Positions 19,399-29,600 of a stretch of 64,000 bases of DNA are shown piece by piece. The first letter of the stretch is position 1, and every line of letters begins with the position of its first letter. Source of the stretch: Terriglobia bacterium (GTDB taxonomy: Bacteria; Acidobacteriota; Terriglobia; Bryobacterales; UBA6623); assembly GCA_009838515.1 (NCBI GenBank), contig VXRL01000040.1, positions 117,749 to 181,748 on the forward strand, given 5' to 3'. The position numbers and the translations under genes are program-made. The notes below the pieces were generated by a model, which saw only the letters and a list, made by a program, of their open reading frames with translations, had not been told where the DNA came from and did not search any database.

Positions 19399-21204
19399 AT
19401 GAAATCCAGATCATCACTTCGACTCCATCGCTGCAGCACCCCAGCACTCGCGCTGGCAGTTGCGGCACTGGTCGCCCTGACAGGATGCGGCGGCTCCGCA
19501 GATCCAGCTCAATCCCGCCCGAATGTCATCGTCATCCTCACCGATGACCAGGGCTACGGAGACCTCTCGGCCCATGGCAATCCGATTTTGAAGACCCCGC
19601 ATCTAGACAAGCTCCATGGCGAAAGCGTGCGCTTCGGAGACTTTCATGTGGCGTCGGTGTGCACCCCCACCCGCGGGGAACTCATGACCGGTCTCTACTC
19701 CCTACGCAACAAGGCCGGCATGGTCCCCGCGGGCCGCAACCTCATGCGTCGCGACGTTTCAACGATGCCCGAGGCGTTCGCTGCCGGCGGCTATGCGACA
19801 GGCCTGTTCGGCAAGTGGCACCTCGGTGACACCTATCCGCACCGCCCGCTCGATCGCGGCTTCCAGCGCGCCGTCTGGCACAAGGGCTGGGGACTGGCGT
19901 CGGAGATCGAGTACGACAACGACTACTACTACACGCGCTACCTCGACCAGACCGACGTGCGCTATTCGGACCGCTTCTGCACGAACCTGTGGTTCGACGA
20001 GGCCATGGAGTGGATGGGCGAGCAAGCAGGCATGGGACAGCCGTTCTTCGCGTACATCGCGCTGAATACGCCCCACTACCCGTTCCACTCCCTAGGCAAG
20101 GATTTCGCGCCGTATGGGGACAAAGTCGACGACCCTCTCCTGGCACACTTCTTCGGGCTCATCAAGAATATCGACGAGAACTTCGCGCGCCTCGACGCCT
20201 GGCTTGCAGAAACAGGCATCCAGGACAACACGCTGATCGTGCTGATGAACGACAACGGCACGGCGAAAGGAGAGACCGTGTTCAACGCCGGCATGCGGGG
20301 GAAGAAAGGCAGCCCGTATGAGGGTGGCCACCGCGCGATCTGCTTCGTCCGCTGGCCGGACGGGGGTCTCGGCGAGCCCCGCACGATCGGCTATCCGGCC
20401 CAAGTAACGGACATCTTCCCCACCTTGGCCGATTTGGCCGGACTCGACGTGCCGGAGTTGAGCTCCCTCGATGGCGCCAGCCTTGCTCCGCTTCTGACTG
20501 GCGAAGTGGATCGAGGCCCGGACCGCAAGTTCATCGTTCAGTACGGCGGCAGGCACCGACCGGCGAAGTACGCCGAAAGCACGGTCGTCTGGAACCAGTG
20601 GCGGCTCGTGGAAGGCACTGAGCTGTACGATCTGAGCAGCGATCCGGGCCAAGCCGCGGACATCGCGGCCGAGCACCCCGATATAGTCCGCGACATGCAG
20701 GCCCACTACGACGAGTATTGGGCTGAGATCGAGGCCTCCGTCGAAGAAGTCGAGCCGCTCTTCATACGCGCCGAGGCGGGCACGTTCACGGACCTGACCT
20801 CCAACAGCTGGATCGAGGTGGATTGCGACAATCGCGAGCGCACGGCCAACGCCTGCGGCCCGCCACGGGGCGGGCCCTGGCAGATTGAAGTCGAGAAAGC
20901 CGGGCAATACGACGTCGAACTGAGCCGATGGCCGTTCCACTTGGATCGCGACCTGACTGTGGAGGGTCCCGGTGCCACGATCGGCGGCATGCTGATCGAG
21001 CGCGGCGTGGCGCTTCCGATTGCCTCGGCCAGCGTGAGCGTGAACGCCCAGCGGCACGTCACTGCGAATGCCGAAGAAGGAGCGTCATCGATCCGCTTCG
21101 AACTGACGTTCGAGCAGGGCCGCAATACGCTGCAGGGTTGGTTCAGCGACCAATCTGGAAAAGACTTGGCAGGCGCATACTACGGTCGGATCAGCGCCAA
21201 GTAG
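19399..21204 (+). CDS. Sulfatase, lipoprotein-type signal, with extra C-terminal beta domain
   Basis: ORF 19093..21204. The ATG at 19399 is preceded by GGAGCGGGAG and gives MKSRSS...ALVALTGC (lipobox). Motifs are NVIVILTDDQGYGD and the FGly motif CTPTRGELMTG. Confidence 0.9.
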   Translation: MKSRSSLRLHRCSTPALALAVAALVALTGCGGSADPAQSRPNVIVILTDDQGYGDLSAHGNPILKTPHLDKLHGESVRFGDFHVASVCTPTRGELMTGLYSLRNKAGMVPAGRNLMRRDVSTMPEAFAAGGYATGLFGKWHLGDTYPHRPLDRGFQRAVWHKGWGLASEIEYDNDYYYTRYLDQTDVRYSDRFCTNLWFDEAMEWMGEQAGMGQPFFAYIALNTPHYPFHSLGKDFAPYGDKVDDPLLAHFFGLIKNIDENFARLDAWLAETGIQDNTLIVLMNDNGTAKGETVFNAGMRGKKGSPYEGGHRAICFVRWPDGGLGEPRTIGYPAQVTDIFPTLADLAGLDVPELSSLDGASLAPLLTGEVDRGPDRKFIVQYGGRHRPAKYAESTVVWNQWRLVEGTELYDLSSDPGQAADIAAEHPDIVRDMQAHYDEYWAEIEASVEEVEPLFIRAEAGTFTDLTSNSWIEVDCDNRERTANACGPPRGGPWQIEVEKAGQYDVELSRWPFHLDRDLTVEGPGATIGGMLIERGVALPIASASVSVNAQRHVTANAEEGASSIRFELTFEQGRNTLQGWFSDQSGKDLAGAYYGRISAK

Positions 21205-21411
21205 GCGGCTCGCGTCGGGCGCTGTTGATATGCGGCCGAATCGCCGGTCCATATTGACTGGAACGAGCGATTCGTCGTACAGTGCGATTGATCAAGCCGC
21301 GCAACCGCCCGGCCAGGAGACGCCTCACTAAGGCCTGTGCTCATGCAGTGCACGGCTCGATCAATCTGGCCCCTGCGGTGCGCGGGGGACGGTTTCGCAG
21401 GGTCCTGCCTG

Positions 21412-24120
21412 ATGAGTCGTGCCGCTTCAGCCCTCACACCGCAGATCTTGCGCTGTGCTCTCATCGCGGCGTTGCTCGCAGTGTTTCTCGCTGGTAGCGC
21501 CAGCGCAGCACCAGACTTCCAGTCCGACGTCCGCCCAATCTTGCAGAAGTGCCTGCCCTGTCATGGCCCGGACGAACACAGCCGCCAGGCCAATCTTCGG
21601 TTGGATTCACACGAGGGCGCGACCGGGCGAGACGGCGGCTACGCGGGCTTAGTCCCCGGAGACAGCGGCGCTAGCCGAATGCTGGCCAGGGTGACTGCGG
21701 AAACCAATCCCATGCCCCCGACGGGCGACCGCCTGACCGCCGCAGAAATCGACACTCTCACGCAATGGATTGACGCCGGTGCGCAGTACCGGCGCCATTG
21801 GGCATTCCAACGCCCGGCGACACCGCAACTTCCGAGCGTCACCGACAAGAGCTGGCCCCAGAATCCGATTGACCACTTTGTGCTGGCCAAGCTGGAGTCC
21901 GTCGGCCTGGCGGCATCTGGCAGGGCGGATCGCTACACGCTGGCGAGACGGCTGTCCTTGGACCTGACCGGCCTGCCGCCACGACTGGAAGCGGTTGAGG
22001 CGTTTGTCGCTGACCGATCCGCAGATGCGTACGAGAAGTTCGTCGCGACTCTGCTCGATTCGAGCGCGTACGGGGAGCGCTGGGCAAGCGTCTGGCTGGA
22101 TTTGGCCCGCTACGCCGATTCGATGGGCTACGAGAAGGACACCCTCAGAACCATCTGGCCCTACCGCGACTGGGTCGTCCGGGCCCTCAACGACAACATG
22201 CCCTTCGATGAGTTCACGGTCCAGCAGCTGGCGGGCGACCTGCTGCCCGAACCGACTGACGACCAGCTCGTCGCAACCGGCTTCCATCGCAATACGATGA
22301 CCAACACCGAGGGCGGCACGGACGACGAAGAATTCCGCGATGCAGCGGTTAAGGACAGAGTCGCCACGACCGGCCAAGTGTGGATGGGGCTGACCGTGGG
22401 CTGCGCCCAGTGCCACTCGCACAAGTACGATCCGATCTCGCACGGGGAGTATTACTCGCTGTACGCCTTCTTTAACCAAACCGCCGACGCAGACAAGGAC
22501 GACGACAGCCCGAAGCTCGAGGTCTCCGAGGGAGTGACCACCCCGGTACTGCGAGAACTGGCTGCCACGGACCAGCGCGAGACGTTTGTCCACAAGAGTG
22601 GGAATTTCAGAAACCTAGGCGAGCGCGTCATGGCCGGGGTGCCGACCGCATTCCACCCCCTGCCGGAGGGAGCGCCCGCCAACCGACTAGGACTGGCGCA
22701 GTGGCTCACTTCCGACGAGAATCCCCTCACGGCGCGAGTCACCGTGAACCGCCTGTGGGCCAGGCTCTTCGGCAAGGGTATCGTCGCGACGGAAGAGGAT
22801 TTCGGAATCCAAGGCGAGCCGCCAACACATCCGCAACTCCTCGATTGGCTTGCGACCGAATTCGTGCGTAGCGGCTGGGATGTCAAGGCCATGCTCACGA
22901 CCCTGGTCACTTCGGCTACCTACCAGCAAACGTCCGACGTCACGCCAGACAGGCTCGAAGCGGATCCCGACAATTCCCTGCTCTCCAGAGGCCCGCGTTT
23001 CCGCCTCTCTGCCGAAATGCTGCGGGACCAGGCTCTAGCCGCCAGCGGCTTGCTGTCGGCCAAGATGGGTGGGCCCCCGGTGATGCCATGGCAGCCGGAC
23101 GGTATCTGGCAGGTGGTGTACAGCAGCAAGCAGTGGGAGACCAGCCCCGGCGAGGATCGCTACCGCCGGGCGCTGTATACGCTATGGCGGCGCACATCTC
23201 CCTACCCGTCGATGACGACCTTCGACGCACCTTCGGGCGAAACCTGCACGATCCGCCGGATTCGGACCAATACTCCCCTGCAGGCGCTAGTCACGCTCAA
23301 CGACCCAACCCTGATGGAGGCCGCACAGCACCTGGCCGGGCGCTCGTCACAGGTGGGGGGATCTAGCGCCTCTGAGCGCTTGGACCACATCTTCCGAAGC
23401 GTTTTGTCTCGGCCACCGTCAGAACGGGAGATCGATCGCCTTCTCGAACTGCGCGACTCTGCTGTCGACGAACTGCGCCAAGACCGCGATAGCGCGATGA
23501 AGCTGGCGAACTACGACCAAGTCCTGTACACGCGGGAGCGTCGGGTCTCGCTTGTGAACGATACGCGGGGCGACGCCGCGACCTGGCGCTATACGACCGA
23601 CCAGCCGGGCGCACAGTGGGCGGATCCTGAGTTCGACGACGCCGGCTGGCCTGCCGGCCCGTCAGCGTTCGGGTTCACCAAGGGTGACAGCGCCGACGGA
23701 GTCGACCCTTACGCTTCGAGCATTAGCACCCGCTGGGAAACGCCAGAGCTCTGGACGCGTCTTGAGTTCGAGCTTACCGAAGCAGACGTCGAAGACTTTC
23801 GCTTCGAGGTGCGGCACTCCGCGGCGTTCCACGCCCACATCAACGGAGTGTTCGCCGCCAAGGATCTGGACGGCTCGGGCTCCTACGCTCCTTACGGCCT
23901 GACGCCCGAGGCCCGCCGAGCACTGCGACCGGGCCGCAACGTATTGGCCGTGCATGCGGTCCACACCGGCCTCACCGACGCCCCCAGGCATCTTGACCTC
24001 GGGTTGACGATGTTGCGCCGGCCAGACTTGACCGACAGCGCCTCGACCGCGGATGAGGCGGCCTGGGTGGCTGTCGCGAACGTGGTCTTGAACCTCGACG
24101 AAGCCCTCACAAAACGGTGA
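21412..24120 (+). CDS. PSCyt1 + DUF1549 + DUF1553 protein with an extra jelly-roll-like domain near the C-terminus
   Basis: ORF 21337..24120. The ATG at 21412 gives signal peptide MSRAASALTPQILRCALIAALLAVFLAGSASA. Motifs are CLPCHG, IDHFVLAKLESVGL and CAQCHSHKYDPI. Confidence 0.9.
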   Translation: MSRAASALTPQILRCALIAALLAVFLAGSASAAPDFQSDVRPILQKCLPCHGPDEHSRQANLRLDSHEGATGRDGGYAGLVPGDSGASRMLARVTAETNPMPPTGDRLTAAEIDTLTQWIDAGAQYRRHWAFQRPATPQLPSVTDKSWPQNPIDHFVLAKLESVGLAASGRADRYTLARRLSLDLTGLPPRLEAVEAFVADRSADAYEKFVATLLDSSAYGERWASVWLDLARYADSMGYEKDTLRTIWPYRDWVVRALNDNMPFDEFTVQQLAGDLLPEPTDDQLVATGFHRNTMTNTEGGTDDEEFRDAAVKDRVATTGQVWMGLTVGCAQCHSHKYDPISHGEYYSLYAFFNQTADADKDDDSPKLEVSEGVTTPVLRELAATDQRETFVHKSGNFRNLGERVMAGVPTAFHPLPEGAPANRLGLAQWLTSDENPLTARVTVNRLWARLFGKGIVATEEDFGIQGEPPTHPQLLDWLATEFVRSGWDVKAMLTTLVTSATYQQTSDVTPDRLEADPDNSLLSRGPRFRLSAEMLRDQALAASGLLSAKMGGPPVMPWQPDGIWQVVYSSKQWETSPGEDRYRRALYTLWRRTSPYPSMTTFDAPSGETCTIRRIRTNTPLQALVTLNDPTLMEAAQHLAGRSSQVGGSSASERLDHIFRSVLSRPPSEREIDRLLELRDSAVDELRQDRDSAMKLANYDQVLYTRERRVSLVNDTRGDAATWRYTTDQPGAQWADPEFDDAGWPAGPSAFGFTKGDSADGVDPYASSISTRWETPELWTRLEFELTEADVEDFRFEVRHSAAFHAHINGVFAAKDLDGSGSYAPYGLTPEARRALRPGRNVLAVHAVHTGLTDAPRHLDLGLTMLRRPDLTDSASTADEAAWVAVANVVLNLDEALTKR

Positions 24121-25565
24121 ACACCATGTCGATGCGAACAGAACTCGCCCGTCACCAGACTCGCAGGCACTTCTTGCGGGGCTGCCAGCTTGGCCTCGCC
24201 TCGATGTACCTCGGCTCGCTTCGAGCGGCCTCGTCCGACCACTCGCTGGCGCGCAAGCAGCCGCACTACGCACCCAAGGCGAAGTCAGTGATCTACCTGC
24301 ACATGGCAGGCGGCCCGTCGCAGCTGGAGTTGTTCGACCCCAAACCCGAACTCCAGAAGCACAGCGGCGCTGACTGCCCCCAGCACCTGTTGGAAGGCAA
24401 GCGCTTCGCATTCATCAAGGGCGTCCCCCAAATGCTGGGCACCCCGTTCGAGTTTCAGCGAGTGGGACAGTCCGGCACCTGGGTGAGCGAACTTCTGCCC
24501 CGCTTCTCTGAAGTGGCCGACGAGACCGCGATCATCCGCTCGATGACCACCGAGGAGTTCAACCACGCCCCGGCCCAGCTGCTGCTCCAGACCGGCAGCG
24601 CGCGCCTAGGTGGCGCGTCCATGGGCGCATGGGCCACCTACGGCCTAGGGACGGAAAACCAAGACCTGCCTGGCTTCGTGGTCCTGGTCAGCGGCAACAA
24701 GACGCCCAGCGCGGGAAAGAGTCTTTGGGGCAGCGGCTTCCTGCCGTCCGTCTACCAAGGAGTTCAGTGCCGCACTCAGGGAGATCCGGTATTGTTCCTG
24801 AGCAATCCCGAAGGAATGAGCCGCTCCCTGCGAAGGTCGACCCTAGACGCGCTCGGGGATCTCAACCGCTTGCAGCGAGAGAGTTCTGGAGACCCCGACA
24901 CGCTCTCGCGCATCGAGCAGTACGAACTGGCTTACCGCATGCAGACCTCGGTACCGGAAGTGATGGACATCTCCAGGGAGCCGGACTCGATACATTCTCT
25001 CTACGGCACCGAACCGGGCAAGCTCTCGTTCGCCAACAACTGCCTGCTGGCGCGGCGGCTGGTCGAGAGCGGCGTGCGCTTCGTGCAGCTGTACGATTGG
25101 GGCTGGGACCACCACGGCAGCGCCCGCCGGACGGACATCCGCTACGACCTGCCAGACCGGGCCCGCGACATCGACCGTCCCGCCGCAGCCCTGATCGCGG
25201 ATCTCAAGCAGCGCGGCCTGCTCGACGAGACCCTGATCATTTGGGGAGGCGAATTCGGGCGCACTCCCATGCGCGAGAACAGGCAAGGCGACAAGACCGA
25301 GTACTACGGACGCGACCACCATCCGTTCGCGTTCACGATGTGGATGGCAGGCGGCGGCATCAAGGGCGGCGTCAATCTTGGTTCGACAGACGACATCGGA
25401 TACTACGTGGACAGCGACCCTGTCACGCCCCGCGACCTCCAAGCCACAATGCTGCACCTGCTGGGACTGGATCCGTACAAGTTCCACTACCCGCACCAAG
25501 GGCTGAAGGAGAGGCTGATCGGCCCGACGAACGAAGGGCGGATCGTGCAGCAAGTGCTGGCCTAG
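24117..25565 (+). CDS. DUF1501 protein (Tat-like signal)
   Basis: 482 aa. Motifs are TRRHFLRG, GGPSQLELFDPKP and GEFGRTP...GRDHH. GTGA overlap with the upstream DUF1553 stop. Alternative ATG starts at 24126 and 24132. Confidence 0.9.
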   Translation: MNTMSMRTELARHQTRRHFLRGCQLGLASMYLGSLRAASSDHSLARKQPHYAPKAKSVIYLHMAGGPSQLELFDPKPELQKHSGADCPQHLLEGKRFAFIKGVPQMLGTPFEFQRVGQSGTWVSELLPRFSEVADETAIIRSMTTEEFNHAPAQLLLQTGSARLGGASMGAWATYGLGTENQDLPGFVVLVSGNKTPSAGKSLWGSGFLPSVYQGVQCRTQGDPVLFLSNPEGMSRSLRRSTLDALGDLNRLQRESSGDPDTLSRIEQYELAYRMQTSVPEVMDISREPDSIHSLYGTEPGKLSFANNCLLARRLVESGVRFVQLYDWGWDHHGSARRTDIRYDLPDRARDIDRPAAALIADLKQRGLLDETLIIWGGEFGRTPMRENRQGDKTEYYGRDHHPFAFTMWMAGGGIKGGVNLGSTDDIGYYVDSDPVTPRDLQATMLHLLGLDPYKFHYPHQGLKERLIGPTNEGRIVQQVLA

Positions 25566-25640
25566 CGTCAACTTCGGCTGATGGTGGCGGGATCTGTCGC
25601 GCATTAACTCTTCGAGGAGCCGTCGCGCGGAATCGTCCCC

Positions 25641-25961
25641 CTATCGTGGGGCTGGGGGCCGTGCCCGTAGCTGCTGCGAACGTCCTCCGGATCCCGGAGT
25701 CAGAGGCCCAGTCCGCTGCACGAGCCGCATGGCTTCGGCGACAGCGCCGTAGTTGCTCACCACCAAGCAGTAATAAGCATCAAGCCAGCCATCGTTCAGC
25801 AGATCTACGGCGAGATTGACATCCGATCCCTTCTCCTCGGTCTTGAGAAGCTCCAGGGATTGAACCCGTCCAAATATGCGAAGGTCCGCGGGGGTGTTCG
25901 CCCGATAGGCAAGGGCCTCCGAAGGGGCCCTGCGGTCGAAATCGCAAGGGGTGTGCTTCAA
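25641..25961 (-). pseudogene. NYN-domain nuclease relic (C-terminal half only, catalytic acidic residues degenerate)
   Basis: FGRVQSLELLKTEEKGSDVNLAVDLLNDGWLDAYYCLVVSNYGAVAE resembles the NYN core (..EKGsDVnlAvdLl.d....D.a.lvSnDsDl..). The SnDsD position reads SNYGA, and the N-terminal half of the domain is missing. Confidence 0.5.
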
Positions 25962-26033
25962 TCCATGGCCTAGACCGGCAACGATGTTGAAGTGTCGCCG
26001 CGCCGCAGCCTAGAGGCGCACACACGCCGAGAG

Positions 26034-26098
26034 CTCAAGGAGGGACTAGTCCGCCGGACGAACGAAGGGAGGATTGTGGAGTGAGTGCTAGCCTGAGC
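26034..26098 (+). repeat. Degenerate second copy of the DUF1501 gene 3' end (copy of 25503..25567)
   Basis: About 80% nucleotide identity by eye over about 65 nt. It translates as LKEGLVRRTNEGRIVE*, against GLKERLIGPTNEGRIVQQVLA* at the end of the intact gene. Confidence 0.6.
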
Positions 26099-26204
26099 GG
26101 ACCTCGGTCAATGATCGCAGCGGGAGCGACACCAGCTAGTTGATCCGAGGATGGCGCAACCGTCCAAATGGGTCTTTTGATCGCCGATTTCGGAGAGGAA
26201 CAGA

Positions 26205-26420
26205 ATGAGGCTCCGCTACTACGCTGATACCGACAGCCTGTATTTCGGACTCAAACGGAGCCTGGGCACAGAAACGCGCGAAGTGTCCGACAGGCTCAAT
26301 GTCGATCTGGATGCGGCGGGGGAGGTCGAGGGCTTCGATATAGACAATGAGTCGACACGTCTCGATCTATCCAAGCTTGAGTTCGAGGCGCTTCCCGACC
26401 GTTCATACACCGTGGCGTGA
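26205..26420 (+). CDS. DUF2283-family small protein
   Basis: 71 aa. MRLRYYADTDSLYFGL...VDLDAAGEVEGFDI matches the DUF2283 pattern. GGAGAGGAACAGA precedes the ATG. No DUF4258-like partner ORF lies upstream. Confidence 0.7.
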   Translation: MRLRYYADTDSLYFGLKRSLGTETREVSDRLNVDLDAAGEVEGFDIDNESTRLDLSKLEFEALPDRSYTVA

Positions 26421-26607
26421 CAGTTGTCTTTGAGTGGTGGCCATGCGAAATCGCTACGCGTGGATCCAGCCACTGTGAACCGTCGGTGAGGTCGGGAGAC
26501 TGGGACGGTCAGGCACATCGCAAAGACACGGTCCTCAGAATGCGTTAGCTTGAAACGCGGCCCAACCCCGGCCGGGTCCATAACGAACTTTCACCACTTC
26601 CGAAGAC

Positions 26608-29600
26608 ATGACGGCGATCGAGAAAGGAAGAAACGTGCTGCCGTCGTACCTGCATGCGGAGGGGCAGTTCCCGCTCTCGAGCCCAAGCCACCCGACAGGG
26701 GCCGGCTGCTGCAGGACCCGACTTCCGGCTCAGTCTCCATCCGTGCCGAGACGATTCGAGAGTCAACAAACAAGCGATTCGGCGAGGCTCCGTCGGTGGG
26801 CCGCACATCGATTTCGGCAGTTGGCCCTAACCCTGGGCGTGGCGGCATTCGTTCCTGGATTGCTCACTCCGTCCCTACTCTTTGGCGCCGACCGCGCAGT
26901 CGAATCGGAACAACCACCGAATGGCTCGATGGGGGTAGCCATTTACGGTGACGAGGCACTGCACTACGAGGTCATCGACGGCCTCGCAATTCACGACGGA
27001 GACATGGTTCTGGGCAGGGTCAAGGAGGTCGTCGAAGCCACTCGCAGATGGCGGTCCGGGAAGCCGTCTCCGGGCCATTTGCCCGAGAGGAGGAACCTCT
27101 CGGCCGTGGGCGGGGATTACCTCTGGCCGGATGGAATCATCCCGTACGAGATCGAACCGGGCTTCACTGCGAGAGCACTGCAAGACATTGAAGAAGCAGT
27201 CCACGAATGGAATTCCAGAACAGTCCTCACGTTCGTCGCACGGACAACCGAGTCGTCGTTCGTCCAGTTCCGACCCAGCTCGTCAACTCCGTCGAGGCCG
27301 GCCTGCAGCGCAGTTGTAGGCTACCGCGCCACCGGAGCGCGCGCAGTGTCGCTTCGGGATCCCCAAGGCTGTGGGATAAGGGCCACGGTCCACGAAATCG
27401 GGCACGTGATAGGTCTGCGCCATGAACACCAACGCAAGGATCGGGACCGACACATTCAGGTCTCCGACGTGCTGCGCACGGGGCCGAGCAGGTATTCATA
27501 CGTCAGCATCCGCCCGGTGGGCGGACCGTACGACTACGCCTCGGTGATGCACTACTCCTCAGGAATCGACTCGATTCCTCCCGGCATGCCGATCAGGTCG
27601 TCGACATGGTTGTCGGCGGGGGATATAGACGGAGTGGCCCGACTGTATGGAATGCCGCCGACCTCGACAACGATCTCAACGAATCCACCGGGGCTGGAGA
27701 TTATCGTTGACGGGTACCGCGTTGTCACCCCCGCCACGTTCGACTGGGCTGCTGACAGCGAACACGTGCTGCAAGCCCCGTCTCCCCAGTCGTTTGGAAC
27801 CGAGCGGTACGTCTTCGGACGTTGGAACGACGGAGGCAGCTCCGAGCGGACGATCACGGCCGACCCGGATGTCACCTGGTACGAGGCCAGCTTCGTCGTA
27901 CAGAAGCAGTTCCTCGCTTGTGCCACACCGGCAGGAGCGGGTCATGTGACGGTGAGTCCGGGATCGAGCGGCGGCTTCCATACCCTGGGGTCGCCGATCA
28001 AGTTTGAAGCGGTCTCGGAGCCGGACAGCGGCCTCCAGTTCGCGGACTGGCACTGGAACAATTCCACGACGCGGCACGGGCAGTCCAAGAATCCTGCTTC
28101 CGTCGAGAGCGTCAGTCGCTTAAGTGGCTGGACGTCCTACGAAGCCCGTTTCAAGGCCGGTCCGTTCTTCGTGATCGAGACTGACGTCGACAAAGCGCGG
28201 ATCGAAGTCGACGGCAGGTCCCGGAACTTGCCGTTCGCGGTCCATGCCGCGGAGCATCAAGAAGGCATCAGCGTCGATGCCCCCGAGACGATTCCTGTGA
28301 GCGCCGGATTCCGGTACCGCTTCAAGGGGTGGAGCGACGGAGCGGAGCGCGCCCACACGGTCGATGTGCCGGCGACGGGCGGATCCCTGCGACTGGATCT
28401 CGTCCGGGAGTACGTCATAACCGGGCGTCCGATCGGCAGAAGGGATGGGGATGCCGCGCTCCAGATCACGCCGGAGTCCGAAGACGGCTACTACGAGCAG
28501 GGAACGGAGGTGACGATGACGGCCGTTCCGACGGCCGATCGGCATTTCGCCGGATGGGTCGGTGCCGTATCCGGTTCCGAGTTGGTCCAGACCGTCGAGG
28601 CGGACGCCCCGAAGGCCGTTTGGCCCGTCTTTACCGAAAGCCAGCCAGTGGCCCCGGGCGAATCGATCGACGTAACGCTTGCGGCTACCGATAAGTTTGA
28701 ACTCCACAACCGTTCGGACGGCTACAACGTCCTTGTACCGAGCGACGCGAATTCCTTGACCGTCACCTTCCAGTCGACCACGCCCGGAGCCGAGGTCGAT
28801 CTGTACATTTCTCTCGGAAGGGAGGTCGTCGAGCGGCAAGACGACGGAGAGACTGAAGCGATTATTGCGGACTTCGAGTCGAAAACGGCGGGCTCCAGCG
28901 AGAGCGTTACGATCAACCGGAGTTCAGTTCCGCCGTTGATGAACGAGATCTACTCCATCGGCCTGGCGGTCCATCCGACACAGACCCCAATCCAGGGCAC
29001 GCTGTCGGTGGAGATCCAGCGGAGCGGGATCACCGGAGCGAGTCCGACAGCGCTGACGTTCATCAGCACCAATACGAGCGATCCTGCCCCGCAGACGATC
29101 CGACTGAGCCACGCCGTGACGGGCTCCGTCCGGTACCGGATCGATTCGAGCCTCGCATCGGTAACGGCCTCCCCGCGGGAATGGACTCAAACGGACTCAG
29201 GAATGACTGACATTGCCGTCACTGTCAACAGTGCGGGTCAGGAGCTGGGATCCCACCAGGGGACGCTGACAGTTGTCCGGGTCAGCGAAGACGAAACGCT
29301 TCCCACGGGGATTGAGATTCCGGTCCTAGTGGGAATCATTGACGGCAGTTTCGGTACGACCAGCGCTCCGACAATCAGCCGTGTCCGTCTCGCCAGCCGT
29401 CCAAGTAGAGGGAACACGTACGTCGAGGCCGAGCAGATCGGGGTCGAGGTGCACTTCGGGGAACCCGTCGAGGTCACCGGGACGCCGCGGATGGCTCTCG
29501 CAGTGGGCGAAGAGATTCGGCAAGTGGATGGCGCCGGGAGCGGCACCAATCAATGCGGAGGGCACGAACGAGTCCTGTTCCGCTACGACGTGCAGGCCGA

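Noticed and set aside
20092-22593. Long minus-strand ORFs 20092..21057 and 21649..22593
   Set aside because: They are antisense to the sulfatase and DUF1553 genes. This is typical of high-GC shadow ORFs, and they show no family signatures.
24629-25819. 396-aa plus-strand ORF in an alternative frame of the DUF1501 gene
   Set aside because: The translation is Arg/Pro/Gly-rich frame-shifted noise, and the DUF1501 frame carries all the conserved motifs.
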